64,000 nucleotides of DNA from Catajapyx aquilonaris (Eukaryota), in contig JYFJ02000694.1 of NCBI GenBank assembly GCA_000934665.2, positions 1 through 64,000 on the forward strand. The letters run 5' to 3'. The notes below the pieces were generated by a model. That model worked only from the letters and a program-made list of their open reading frames with translations. It had not been told where the DNA came from and did no database searches. The position numbers and the translations under genes are program-made. Shown here piece after piece: positions 1 through 11,879 of this stretch; the stretch's first letter is position 1, and every line of letters begins with the position of its first letter.

Positions 1-159
1 GGTCTTACGTGCGCCTGCCTTGTTTCAGTACTTTTATTCCGCCGCGGAGGTCTTACTTCTCTTTTTTTTACTGAAGGGAAAGTTTTTCATCTAATATCTA
101 GTAAGATGAAGCCACTAATTACTAAGAATGTGTTGTATGTCAGATAAGAGCAAGCAAGA

Positions 160-458
160 AATCCTCCATAGGCTATCTTTAAAACACAGATAATTTAAAA
201 TGGATTGTGGCCACCCAGATCTCCAGACCTGACCTCCGCAGATGATTCTGACCAGGTCATATGATGTGGAAGAGTGTACTCTAACCCTGGGACAAGTGAG
301 CAGCTGAAAGATCAAATGCAAGTCTGCATTAATTTTTGGACATTTTCAATGTGACATCTAGGATGGATGACTCTTTTGATGAGGGCATCATATTCACCCT
401 AACTAGATTTGATTATGTCCAAACTTGTGATAACTATTTCACAAGAACACGGTTGTAC
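160..458 (+). mobile_element. Degenerate Tc1/mariner-superfamily transposase 3' fragment with probable right TIR remnant
   Basis: From 208 the plus frame reads WPPRSPDLTSAD...(stop)...GRVYSNPGTSEQLKDQM, matching the IS630/Tc1/mariner C-terminal motif WPPRSPDLxPxD...VY...P.T...LK. The in-frame stop and frameshift show decay. It ends in ...aagaacacggttgta (~458), resembling a TIR plus TA. Confidence 0.7.
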
Positions 459-671
459 AGTGAGTGAATGACCCTAAATCAAAAATTAACATCAATATGA
501 AATTATGAATAGAGAGAGAACCCACAGCAATAGCAACTCTTTCCTACATTAGGAAATGCATCATCTGACCTGGGAATTATGAAACTAAGAACATCAGAGG
601 TGGTAGGTTGCAATCTAAACCAATTTTCAGTAGGGTTTAACATCAGCATATTTCTGTCCCAAAGCTCAACA

Positions 672-885
672 CCGACACCAGGGGGTGGTCCTCCTCCTGG
701 AAATTTGGCCACTCTGGGGATCTTTAATGTGCACTCGCGCAATGTCCCAAGCACACGAGACAGACAGTTCCGAAGGAAGGCGCACCCTCACTTTTCTACC
801 ACCTGGAGAAAAGTCACCGACCTCGGCCGGGTTCGAACCCACAACTTGGGACCAGAGGCGAGTGCGCTAACCACCAGTGCCGGCC
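672..885 (-). mobile_element. tRNA-derived SINE (Pol III box A/B head, Nin/Deu- or Ruka-like body)
   Basis: The minus strand begins GGCCGGCACTGGTGGTTAGCG (box A-like)...GGGTTCGAACCC (box B), then a non-tRNA body containing GTGCACATTAAAGATCCCCAGAGTGGCCAAATTTCC. No complete cloverleaf. Confidence 0.7.
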
Positions 886-1457
886 AATCTGAACCACTAT
901 ATCTGACTATATCCCACTATATCTGAACCACTATATGCCTTCTGTTCCATTCCTTTACATCAAACACAGGTAACTAAACAGCATATTTTCAGTCACATAT
1001 TGCCAATTAGTATGTAGGCCCTATAATATATTGATAAGTAAATTTAACCTGCAAATGTTCATGGACAGGCAGGAATCCAAAATCTGACTGGTTTCTCTAC
1101 TCATCAAATAAAATGGATAAGGTTCCTGCATATTTTGTAGCGAAAGGCATTGCAAAATCTGCAAAGAATAGGGCTCCATGATTGTGAAATGACTTCCAGA
1201 GTGGTATCACTCATGATATGTACAAATCTGCCCTCTGCATATGTTTCAATTCAATTTTCTTCCTGCAGACAATGACCTTGTTCACCATACAAAAGCAAGA
1301 ATGCTGCATTGCGAACTGACAGAGAATGTGACAATCATCTTCTACTCCTTTATAATATGTTACAAGTGCACGAGTATGAATGTTGTGGAAAATGAATATG
1401 TAATTTCTCCAAAATATTTGCCTGCTGTACAACTGAGGGAACATGTGAAAATAATAC

Positions 1458-1542
1458 CATGCATGACGGCCCAGTCCCTGGACTTGTCCACCAAATCCTC
1501 CAGCACATCATCCGGCAAGGGCAGGGGCACGCAGGGCTCCAT
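1458..1542 (-). CDS. GSS: Glutathione synthetase paralog 2, first coding exon (gene continues beyond the left edge)
   Basis: MEPCVPLPLPDDVLEDLVDKSRDWAVMH-G aligns with the first coding exon of the GSS at 11320-11419 (16/28 identical). It ends at a GT donor (CATG|GTATTA) in the same phase-1 position inside the HG glycine codon. Upstream acceptor ctcAGCAG near 1559-1563. The remaining exons are not in the window. Confidence 0.8.
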
Positions 1543-1699
1543 CCTTCAAGGCACCACCCTGCTGAGCAGAAATGATTATCACAACCTCCTTCCCTCAGAA
1601 CACTTATATACGCACTACAACTCTCCTCTCTACCTCCCCCTCGTACAATATAAAACTCTTAATTTGGCAGCAGGAAGAAAAGAGGAGGAAAAAATCCCA

Positions 1700-2310
1700 G
1701 CCTATCTTTACCCCGCTTCGATAGTGGGCTTGGAAAACGCACGTAAAACACACCCTCTAATGATAACCCACGAGCGTGGCTGCCCCACGGATTGCCCCTC
1801 CCATCCACCTACTTCCTTCCCCGAGGTCAGGGTTTATTCCCGAGGTCAAGAGTCACCTGGCCGTGAAGAGACTGCCTGTGGGCAGAAGCAGCTGTCTGTC
1901 TGTCTCCTTCCGATCCTATCGAGTTGCCGGCGGGAGCTCGAGTGGTTCAATGATCAGCACATCAGCTGCGGCGCGGCGGCCTCTACAAATATTGCACTGC
2001 CCGCTTTTGCTGGATTCGGGGTCGGCGGCGTGTGCACACCGGGTGATGTGATGGTAGGGGAGGGGAATGAGTCTCGCACAATGTGCCAACCCACAGATAT
2101 ACACACGATCTGCACACGAGCCCCTTATTATCGAAGGGGAGGGACGATGGACGGAGGGCAGTGGCGTAATTGCGAAATTGCAAGTCCCTCCGCCGCGCCG
2201 CGCCGTCGTCACCGCCTTGCCCTTTGCGATGCCACGTCTCGGGTGACGGGCTGTGTGCAGCTGCTGCTGGCGTCATACCGCCTTGCCAGTGCGCAAGGAC
2301 AGCTATAGCC
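1700..2310 (-). promoter_or_regulatory. CpG/GC-rich island, probable promoter and 5' UTR of GSS paralog 2
   Basis: Local GC- and CpG-rich block (e.g. cgccgcgccgcgccgtcgtc) directly upstream of the paralog-2 coding exon, within otherwise CpG-poor DNA. Confidence 0.5.
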
Positions 2311-2974
2311 ATTTACAAAAACAAACAAAACGAACAAAAACAACAAAACTAAACAAAAAAAAGGACAGTGTCGTCTGCATGTATACGAACCAGTCTCATA
2401 TGCTCGTTTTGTTGTTTATAAAGCACTTACTGATTCAATACACAGACTAGGCTACTTCAGTGGGTAATATCATTTATTGAATATTATTCGACAATATTTT
2501 AGCACAGGTCTCAGGATGAATCATACGTGATCATGCCAACAAAAAAAACTACTCGCAATTGAATTTTCTCGGCCTACCATACCATGTCAGAAATCGCAGG
2601 TCCTATCAACACTCAGAAAAACTGTAATAAATCCAGTGAGTCATCCATCCTGATGCGAAATGAATTGCCAAACAAGGTATACCTGACACCACTCCTGCTG
2701 ATACTCATGCTGTCATGCAATCTGAATGCACACATGGTATCTCCATACACATATGGTATCTCCACCATAGATTTTTGACTCAACCTGCCATTATCATGGC
2801 CGTCGTGGCCAACATGATATCTGCAATAAAATGAGATCTTCATTTTGGATATTTTGGATACATATATTTTATATATATTTATTTTCACCCTGTTAGCATT
2901 AGAGCTAGAACGTGCGGTTTTGTGACATCTTGATATGAATGTACATAGACAAATAAGCAATACGAACTTATGTC

Positions 2975-3120
2975 TCTCCCCCGTTTAAGCCGTACATAAA
3001 GGGACCCAAGGATAAGCTGAAGTGAATATTTTTGTAAAATGAAGATCTGGGGGAGCCCCCCATGTATGGGCATCTGCCTAGCTGGGTACACAAATAAACT
3101 AAACTAAACTAAACTAAACA
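2975..3120 (+). mobile_element. Probable 3' end of a non-LTR retroelement with (AAACT)n tail
   Basis: A short GC-richer segment ending in aataaact(aaact)x3 at about 3093-3119, the typical form of L2/CR1-type 3' tails. No ORF remains. Confidence 0.35.
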
Positions 3121-3189
3121 TTAGAACTAGAACAGTGCTCTTTTATGGGGGTGGGTGTGTTTCAATGTTTCTATAGTTTTTCTTCAAAT

Positions 3190-3435
3190 ACCGTGCAGGG
3201 AAGAAAGGACATGAGGTAACAATGGGGATTTCTGGGGAGGAGACACGAGTGCAAGAGCAATGATGGAAACAGGGTCATAATCAGTCTCCCTGGAGGTTAG
3301 GTTGCCAGACGCCTCTAAGGCGCAGGTCAGAGACCCTCCTGATGCAGGTGAAATGGAACTCCCGGGCAGGGATTGAACCCGGGACCTTCTGTACAGCGGC
3401 ATGAGTCGTTGCCGATTCGGCCACCACGCCTCCCC
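3190..3435 (-). mobile_element. tRNA-derived SINE (second family)
   Basis: Minus strand GGGAGGCGTGGTGGCCGAATCGG (box A)...CCCGGGTTCAATCCC (box B), followed by an unrelated body. The 3' boundary is approximate. Confidence 0.6.
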
Positions 3436-3632
3436 TCATTTAGGATAGAATTGCATATGGCACCATTCCAGAATTTGTCAAAGTTTGGACTGCCAACATC
3501 ACTATTGTCATGTAATAAGCATCTCACAATAACAATGACAGCAAGCAGCAAGGGGTGACGTTAGTCCACACGTTAACAATCAGAGTGTAGGAATAAAACC
3601 AACCACATCATGCTGTAGAACTATAACTTCAT

Positions 3633-3638
3633 TTTATT
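3633..3638 (-). terminator. Candidate polyadenylation signal of the complete GSS gene
   Basis: AATAAA on the minus strand about 1.6 kb downstream of the GSS stop, at the end of an AT-rich UTR-like tract. Confidence 0.3.
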
Positions 3639-5224
3639 ATTGCACAAATCATTCTCATGTTCCTTATGGCAAACAAATAACCGCTACAAAGAACCCATGA
3701 GGTAATCATCAAAGGCAGATGAAAAGTAGATGAGGCATGCAACCCTCTTATTGTTAAGTATGCTTAAGATGTCCTTTTCTAGTACTGTACATAATTAATG
3801 ATTGCTAATGAACAATACTATAGCTCTTCTTTAGCATATGAAACAAAACATTTCACATAACAATACTGTTCATACACTGTAAACAAAGGCAACAGAATGC
3901 AAACACAACTGAACAGCAAGTACATTCAATGTCTTCCCTATAAAAAATTTTACTAAGCAGAGAACATTATTATTTTACTAATCTTCAACAGTACATTAAC
4001 CTTTGTTCACCATTATCATATGAATTTTCCACTAAACAATGCAATCCAGAATTGAGCTCACATGCATCCAAGTAAACATTTTGTGGATGCTTATTTCCAA
4101 TTACTTTTGTCACCTCAGTGGGCCTCAAGTCTGGTGTGCGTTAAATACACTGTTGGAAAACCAATCATAAGCTACCTATTGGTGTGTACAATTCCACATC
4201 AAACTTGATGAAGTTGAGGTCACAGGAGCAAATGCCAGCAAACTTTCCACAGGCACAGACATGAGCTCAATTTTGAAACATGCAGTATAAACATTTACAT
4301 TTCACCTCATAGAATACTCTATGTCCCACGCTGTAACCATCAGATGCTGCCAATGTGAAGGTCATGCAGCAAAATGAAATTCTATGACATGATCAGGAGT
4401 GCAGGTGATAGATCATCAACTTTCCATTGCACATAAATATTCCTTTCAAGGCCCAGAACACAAAATAATGGTGCAATTTCTCTCAACATATTTTACATGT
4501 GTTTGAAACTGCAACAGGCAGTTTTACAATAACAGACATTGTGTAACTGCTTAAAACATCAAAATTCCAATAACCTCATTTGATGCCTACTCACAGCACA
4601 CTTCATAAAACTCTCTGGTGCAAATAATTTTAATAATTATTAAAATACTGTGTATATTAATATGATGACAGGTCCTTCAATACACTCATCTTTCAAGCAC
4701 GTGCTTGTAAAAATCATATGGTTTCATTTGATTAAATCACCAACTTTCCCTGAGTACAAGAATAAAATGAAGGATAACTAAAAATATGCTTTTCTGATGA
4801 ATGTGCCAAAAATAATGTGTTTCAATGTGCACACAAGTTTTGGAAAGGTTTTAAGACATTTTCAGTTGTCAGATTTTGTGACCAATGACCTCCCTCCCCC
4901 CTCACAAGATCACCACCATGCACATGATGATCAATGGCTCCAAGGTTGAATGCAATTTGGTTTGTAAATATTTGACAATAGTGCACAAATGCTCCTAATT
5001 TCTTAAAGTCAAATAAATCAAACAAGTACCAAAGTTATGTGCGCATTAAAATATTAAAAATAGTTATAACAAATACTTTACACTAATACAGAGAAGGAAT
5101 TAATTCTTTAAAATACCAACATTGTGTGCAGTGACAACATGCATTTAGAAGTACTTTTCATATTGCACATTGTGTTTTTGCCATTGAGTTATTATGCTGC
5201 TTGTTGCCAAGTTCATGGTCACAT

Positions 5225-8200
5225 TCACCTGTCACATGCTGGGCTGTGAGAGTTGTTCTGTTGATCCACTACATAAATACTGTCTAGTGCACCTGAACCT
5301 GCCACCACTCCACCTTCATCAATAGTACTCAGTTTGGATCGCAAGAGGTAGCCAAACTGAGTGTTCTTGAGTATTTGGTGTTCATTACTGAAACAGATCA
5401 ACATATCAATGTAGTTACTAATTTCTTATTTGTGAGATATACTGTCACAAGATACAAAAGTAATCAGATTGTAAAATACTTGTACTAATTGGAACTATGG
5501 CCTACTTCTATTCAAATGGCATTAACCAGGAGCTAATCAATATTCTACCATGCACCATGATAAAGATGCACATGAAGCTAAAAAGCAGGAAATAAATAGC
5601 AACAGACACCTACCCAATGATCATTCCATAAATCCCCAGCTCACTGGAGACATCATTGAGTAGTACTGGATGGCCAGGCCGTACCACATAGTTCTTTTGT
5701 AGTGGTGGAGATATTCTGTCCATGAGAATCCATGCAGTGCGCTCCTTGGAGTTCCCCATCTTGGTCAGGGTCTCTCTCACTTCTTCTCCATACACATTGT
5801 TGCCTCCACCCTCTCGCTGTGGTTTTAAAACGTATCGGAGTGGGTCCGACAGTGCAGATGCTGTAGCCTCTTCACCAAATCTGTCCTGGAGCGCATGGCA
5901 ATAAAAAACAACATCAATTCCTGATGCTCTGCATAATTGGTTCCCAACCCCTGAGTCACTTGTCAAGCATTGCATTGCTACAGATGCATGCCTATGTCCT
6001 CACTCACCAACACTCTCAATTGCACTAGCTACTCTGATCTGAGCTTCATGATCCTGTTAATGTTATAAAAAGAAACACTAGATCCTCCCTATTGGTATAG
6101 TCACATCCAACAAGCAACCACATCACCAGACATGGCTGTGGAGAGTGAAAGCAGCAAATCCTCCTTTGTTGATGTGAGTTCTCACATTGTTATGCATGTC
6201 CAAATGTTCTCCCCAGTTTCAACTGAGAAAGTCCAGAATATTCTCTGTGAAATGGTTTTCAAAGATCTTGTGATGCTTTAAAAATGCAATTTAAACTATA
6301 ATTTTTTTTTGGACAGTTGCTCTTTAAGAATAACTAGCTGAAACTGCTTATATTTTAAAATCTGTAAACCTTGAGAATAATACTGTGCAGTGTGCAGTAA
6401 CAACCTCAGAGAATTTGCAAACTAAGAAAAGAACTTTTCCTGCAGCATAAAAAAGTTATGTGTCTGCACAACACACAATATTGACAAGGCAAATTGAAGG
6501 AAGCAGCATGCAACTCATGCTTCCCACTTTAAAAACAGCTGTCACGAACATGTATTCAAATTGAGGAAATGTAACTTTTTTCAAGGACTCCCCAGCCACC
6601 CATCTTCCCTCCCAAATTAGTGAGTGCTTACAAAGTCAAGTGAGTAAAGACCAGTGAAGACGTCCTTGATGAGAGCAATTTTGTTGGCATCATTAAAAAA
6701 CTTTCCCAGAATCCCAGGCTTTGCCAGCTCCTGCTGAACCTTCTTTGTTCCCGTCAGGTGGTAGTGGATGGAGGGACATTTTATGGCACTGGAACGTTCC
6801 ATCCTCAACCGTGCTTCCCACTCCAGCTCTGAGTGATAGTGGTCAGGCATGTATCCAGAACGGAAGTAGATCACTCCCACTTCTTTGTTCCCACTACAGG
6901 TGGAAAAAATATTGTCGTAACCATAAGTGTGCATATTCCTGAGAAATGTTTAAAATTGTGCTAAATATACTAATTTTTCTTAATGCATATTGATGTAATG
7001 CCAAATTCTGCAGTTAGCTGAGTTATTTGCATTAATGATGATTATTGAACCACTGAAGCCATAAATTAAAGTTGAAGAGAAAGAATTGACCTCCAAGAAG
7101 TAAGTTTCCAAAATGCATTTTCCATAGCAGTCACTGCAAAAACTGATTATGCTGAAGTTATTAGCTTTAAACAAATCATATGGCCAGAGCAGATCAGATG
7201 CATAAATTCCTCTATATAAATTAAGTGGTAAGACACCTGCACATGATCTGTTGAAAACTGTAGGATGTACAAAGCAGGAACTACTGCACCCATTTGATGT
7301 GTGCATTCAGTATTTCACACCTCAAGATGCTAAATGGCAAAATAATGTTTCCAACATTCATAGGCATAATAAGTTTTCTAGGATTGTCTCAAAACTACTT
7401 ATGATGCAAGCATGTTTTGTCTGGTCATTCCACAATTAAACCAGCATAAAATCAACCACTTGGCCATGTTATCAATCACACCATTACATGATGAGTCTCT
7501 TGTCCATCTGGAGAACACTATTCCCTCCTATTTCTGTCAGAGTCTTCCTCATAACTTCTACATCTGGATTAACCTTCTTAACAGCAAACTCCATTGCCCT
7601 CTGATCACATATGTTGTACGTTACGTCCTCAACCACGAACAAGATGACGCAACTGAAATACAAAAGTAACAAAGTTACATTTCTCTTATGCCTTAGGCAG
7701 GGTTGTGTGATAGAGAGTCAATTCAGAACAAGCAGTTTATCCTTGTTATTTACTGCTTTGAACATTGCCACCAAGAATAACAAGAATGAACCACTTTTCT
7801 AGATGTACACATCAATTACACAACCCAACATTTTAGTCCTCCATAGCTTTCCTATTTTTGGAGAATAAGAAAAGTAAGTACCCACTTTTCCTTGTTGTAA
7901 AGTTTCCATGCTTGTATCAAGCCGTCAGCCATTCCTTCGAGTGAATCATTGTCTGGTATCTGAAAAGTTGCAAAAAGGAGAGAGAGAAATAATTACATGA
8001 TACACAGTAAAATGCTTTGAGCTACTAAATCATTTCTGACCAAGTACCTCTCTGCTCAATGCCTTAAGCCGATTTTTGCAGTGATTATGGGCACAGTTCA
8101 AATATACACCACATAATGAGATTGCTTTTTATAATTTAAAATATTAGCTATTTCCACCTTTCTGGTGAAGGTAGCTCCCACCCATCAACTTAAATTTTTG

Positions 8201-11200
8201 TTCCATCCACTGTGGATGGCCCACTGTGATATACCGTATTACCTCACTTAAAGCGGCATCTGGTGTAGTCGAGGTCGACCAGTTAAAAAAATGCATGATC
8301 TGGTGGCTATGTCATATTATTATACAAATTATTATCACTTAGGAAAAGGTTCACAGGAATATTTCTAGATCATAATAGAACAATACAATTTCCTGCTACC
8401 ACCTGCATCACTGATTCATGTTTAGTTTTTTAAGAATGTAAGTTAGTTGTGTTGTGTTACTTCCAAAAGAAAGTTTATCCAACAGATTATGCTCTCCTAA
8501 TTCTTAAAATAGCCTGTTATGAAACTTAACACAAAAGGTTAATCAACTTTATTTTAATACATGTCGTGCCTATCTTTTCTAAATGACAACTTCCAGTACA
8601 TTTGTAAAGAGTAAGCCATTCATAAGGTTAACATATACGGGGATTTATGGCATAACTTATTAATTCAAATAGGTGTGAAAAAACAAGTGTCCTGAGAAGC
8701 ATGAAAATTTGCACAATCAAATAAATGTCTTCAGCAACACTTACAACATAATGGTGCAACAAATTCACTCACATTTCTAAGCCGAGACTTGAGCCCCAGC
8801 TCTGTTAAGACGTAGCGATGCAGTTCAGTGACGACAGTACTCAGTCCTCCAAAACTGGCAGCTATTGTGTTTATCTCCACTTGTTTTATACTCTCAGAAG
8901 GATGGCTTAGAAGGTAGTCTGAGCGCAACAGGCCTAAACTTATCGGCTGAGCCACTCCTTCACTCCGGACGGTGTCATAAATTTGGAACAGTCTCCGGGT
9001 GAATTCATCCACTTCAACAGTGCTGGAGAAAGTGAACCATTGTATCATATCTAATGACATCTCTATTTTAAAATCGATTTAGTTTATTCTACTTACAAAA
9101 CAAGATCAAAGCATTATTATTAATTGAAACAAGATACATTTTAATGAGTCACTGTTATGACTGAAAAGGTGCAGGAATTAGATCAATCTCTCACTGCTCG
9201 AAACATATGAGGCAATCAAACCACACTCACTTGTTTTTAACTTTTCACACCTTGGAATGGACACCAAAGAAGCACCTAAAAGCACCCCTATGGGCCCAAG
9301 CAATTGACCACATCTCTATAATGCCTGGTATTTTACCACTTATGCCACCAGTCTTGTCATTGGGGTAAATACCAGGTGTTATAGAAATGTGGTAAATTGC
9401 TTGGATCCATAGGAGTGCTTTTAGAAATATAAATAAATAAATGGCAGTATGTTGCACTTTATAACTCACTCCATGATAGCAGGGGGGAAAATCACATGAA
9501 AGCTGTCAGCTTACTTTTTTAGAGTTTCCTTGAGAAATTCATAATTGTGTGCAACTTTGTGAACCAGTTCATTGATGACTGTCTGAATCTTTCTTGCCTT
9601 CTGGAATTCTGATCTTGGGAATGTGGATGGAATCAACAGGAATGGTGCAAATTGAACCATGTCCTTGGTATAATTACCGCTTGACCTCATGGACACACCT
9701 GTTAAAAATGTAGAACCATTTTGTTAACATCCAAGTGCTTGAGATTAAAGGTGTGTTTACATGTGAGCAATTTCATGAGCGAAGTCAATGCCGAGGCTGA
9801 GTAACTCAAGTAACCAATATTGTTTGAGGCGAAAATCGATTGTTAATTTCAGCCTTGGTGACAATTTTGCTCCACTTCGCTCGTCAAATCGCTCACATGT
9901 AAACACCTCTTAAGGTACCATATTTTTGCACAGAGTAGCTGATAAGATATACAAAAGAGCACATCCTTGGACTCCTCTCTTTCCAGCTACGTTGGAACTG
10001 TGCTGAATTAAAGCCAGAAACGCCATCCAAAAGGGGCAAAAAAAGGTTGAACAATATGGCACAGGCTGGCATGGAAAATCAGCTCAATGTCATTTTATTT
10101 ATTGTTTAACACCATTTCACACATTGGAAGGGATAGTTTTTGTTAATGAGCATGATATGTAATGTGAAGAAAAGGAAGTGCAGCTCACTCATGTCTTTGT
10201 GAATATTTACAATAATTGTACTCCTTGTGGAAGTTGCAGGTGGCATGTCCAGTGCTGAAAAATACTGCCTTTTACACTGCAATCAGTCCCATGTGGCAAG
10301 TCAAGCGCAGGCAGGAGGAAGAGTGCATGAATCATACCCTTGTGCATGCTCTCTCCCACACACATACGTGCACTGCTTGCAGGGGTACAATGTGTACACT
10401 CAGTTTTTCAACTAGTTTACTAAAAAATTAAGCAACAATAATGTGCTACAACTGGATTACTTCCGGTATTACAGAAAATTTGCTATTAATCTTCCATTAA
10501 TTGGGAGCAACCCTTATGTGCAGGTCCTAAATTCCAACCAATTTTCTGAGATTATGCCATTGGAATTGTTCATTTGAAATGACTGGTTTCAGAGGTCAGC
10601 AGTCAAACTTATTACGTTTATTGTAATCGCATATCAATATCAGTAACAATGTACCTCATGTATACTTTTAGGAATTTAAGGCCTAAAATGGCTACAAATG
10701 GCCATGTAAAAAACTGGTATGTCCTGGATTTTACCAGAATTCCACTCTATGTACAAAAATATGGTAAATAGTTGCATCAGTCAACAGTTGCTGTTAACTG
10801 ATGCAACAATTCTATGAGCTGCTGTTGACTGCTCCCTTTTGCATGCTCAGATGTTGATTGCCCATAGCTCCCTTAGCAATAATGCTCCAAAGAGAGGTTA
10901 ACTGAGTAAACTCAGGGGAAAGGTGTTGTGGCCTCTTCTGACTGGGAGAAAACCCCACTAAACTTGTAAGTTTGTGTGGAATGGAGCTGATTCTATTATT
11001 ATTAATGGCGATATGACAGGTCAAAATTACCCCTTGCAAAAGCATGCCGCTCCCTTTGAAATACTGGATGTGGGTCCTGGTGCCTGCACTGATATACAAG
11101 CTAACTTTAAATTCAAGCCATTAGTGAGACGTTGGGTCATGACCTAGTTGGTTCAAGGCAATTTTGGAGTACACGTAAGACTCTTAATGAGTAAAAATGA

Positions 11201-11419
11201 TTGACATTTGACAGTGAATACTTTAGTGGGCCTTCAGCTATAAGTATATGAGCATCAGCATATAAAAATATATCCTTCTTAAACGTATGAATGCAGGAAG
11301 TAGTGAGATCAATTATCACCATGCAGGAGGGCCCAGTCCTTGGCCTTGTCCACAATGTCTGCCAGCTCTTTCTCATTCAGTGGCAGAGAAACACACGACT
11401 CCAAATAACAGGTTGCCAT
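5225..11419 (-). CDS. GSS: Glutathione synthetase (eukaryotic type), complete, 489 aa, 8 coding exons
   Basis: Exons (minus): 11419-11320, 9698-9515, 9022-8773, 7959-7886, 7652-7488, 6893-6632, 5885-5614, 5387-5225. All introns are GT-AG and phases agree (1470 nt). Motifs: FAPFLLIPS.FPR, RSDY, KQVEINTIAASFGGL, YFRSGY, KCPSI..HLTGTKKVQQEL, VLKPQREGGGNN, SELGIYG, GYLLRSK, EGGVVAG..ALDS. The first coding exon starts at an acceptor at 11483, so there is an upstream non-coding exon. Confidence 0.96.
9749..9910. mobile_element. PIF/Harbinger-type MITE in GSS intron
   Basis: TIRs aggtgtgtttacatgtgagc / gctcacatgtaaacacctct flanked by TAA on both sides (9746-9748 and 9911-9913). A second copy lies at about 52365-52516. 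Confidence 0.75.
10771..10807. repeat. Short near-perfect palindrome
   Basis: gttgcatcagtcaacag-ttg-ctgttaactgatgcaac: 17-bp arms with one mismatch. Confidence 0.7.
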
Positions 11420-11879
11420 CTTGTTTGCCGACAGCTGAACTGTGCTCACGGAGTGTATACCAACGACTAATTAACAATATCACCTGAAAACACAAAATTG
11501 ATTAGTACAAGGGTAAAGATGACGATGAAGTGGCTATCCCTTATGTGTCTCTTTCATGCCATCCAGACCAATGATTTCAGTCCATAATGAGAGTAAGGTC
11601 ATGAAACATTAACTGATTGGGAAGATTTTCTTTAGGCTGGATGAATCACACCCTACACACTGATGATTTTTGAAACATTCAGCACCACTTGTAACACCAA
11701 GGTCAAGTTGTCCTGAGTGTTTGTAGGCCAATATGCCACCAGCCACCAACTTATCAATTATTAATTCAAACCAGTTGCAGGAACCCAGGCAGACGACACC
11801 AAGATATGCAGCATTACCACTACCACTCCAATAAGTGAATAAGCATGCAGTATACCAGCAGTGCATGATCCCCTGGCCC

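Noticed and set aside
810..885. Functional tRNA gene (also at 3360-3435)
   Set aside because: Only box A/B-like motifs are present, with no full cloverleaf, and they continue into SINE bodies.
7030..7152. C/D-box snoRNA-like ATGATGA...CTGA with short terminal stem
   Set aside because: It lies on the strand opposite the host GSS transcript, the geometry is imperfect and no guide was recognised.
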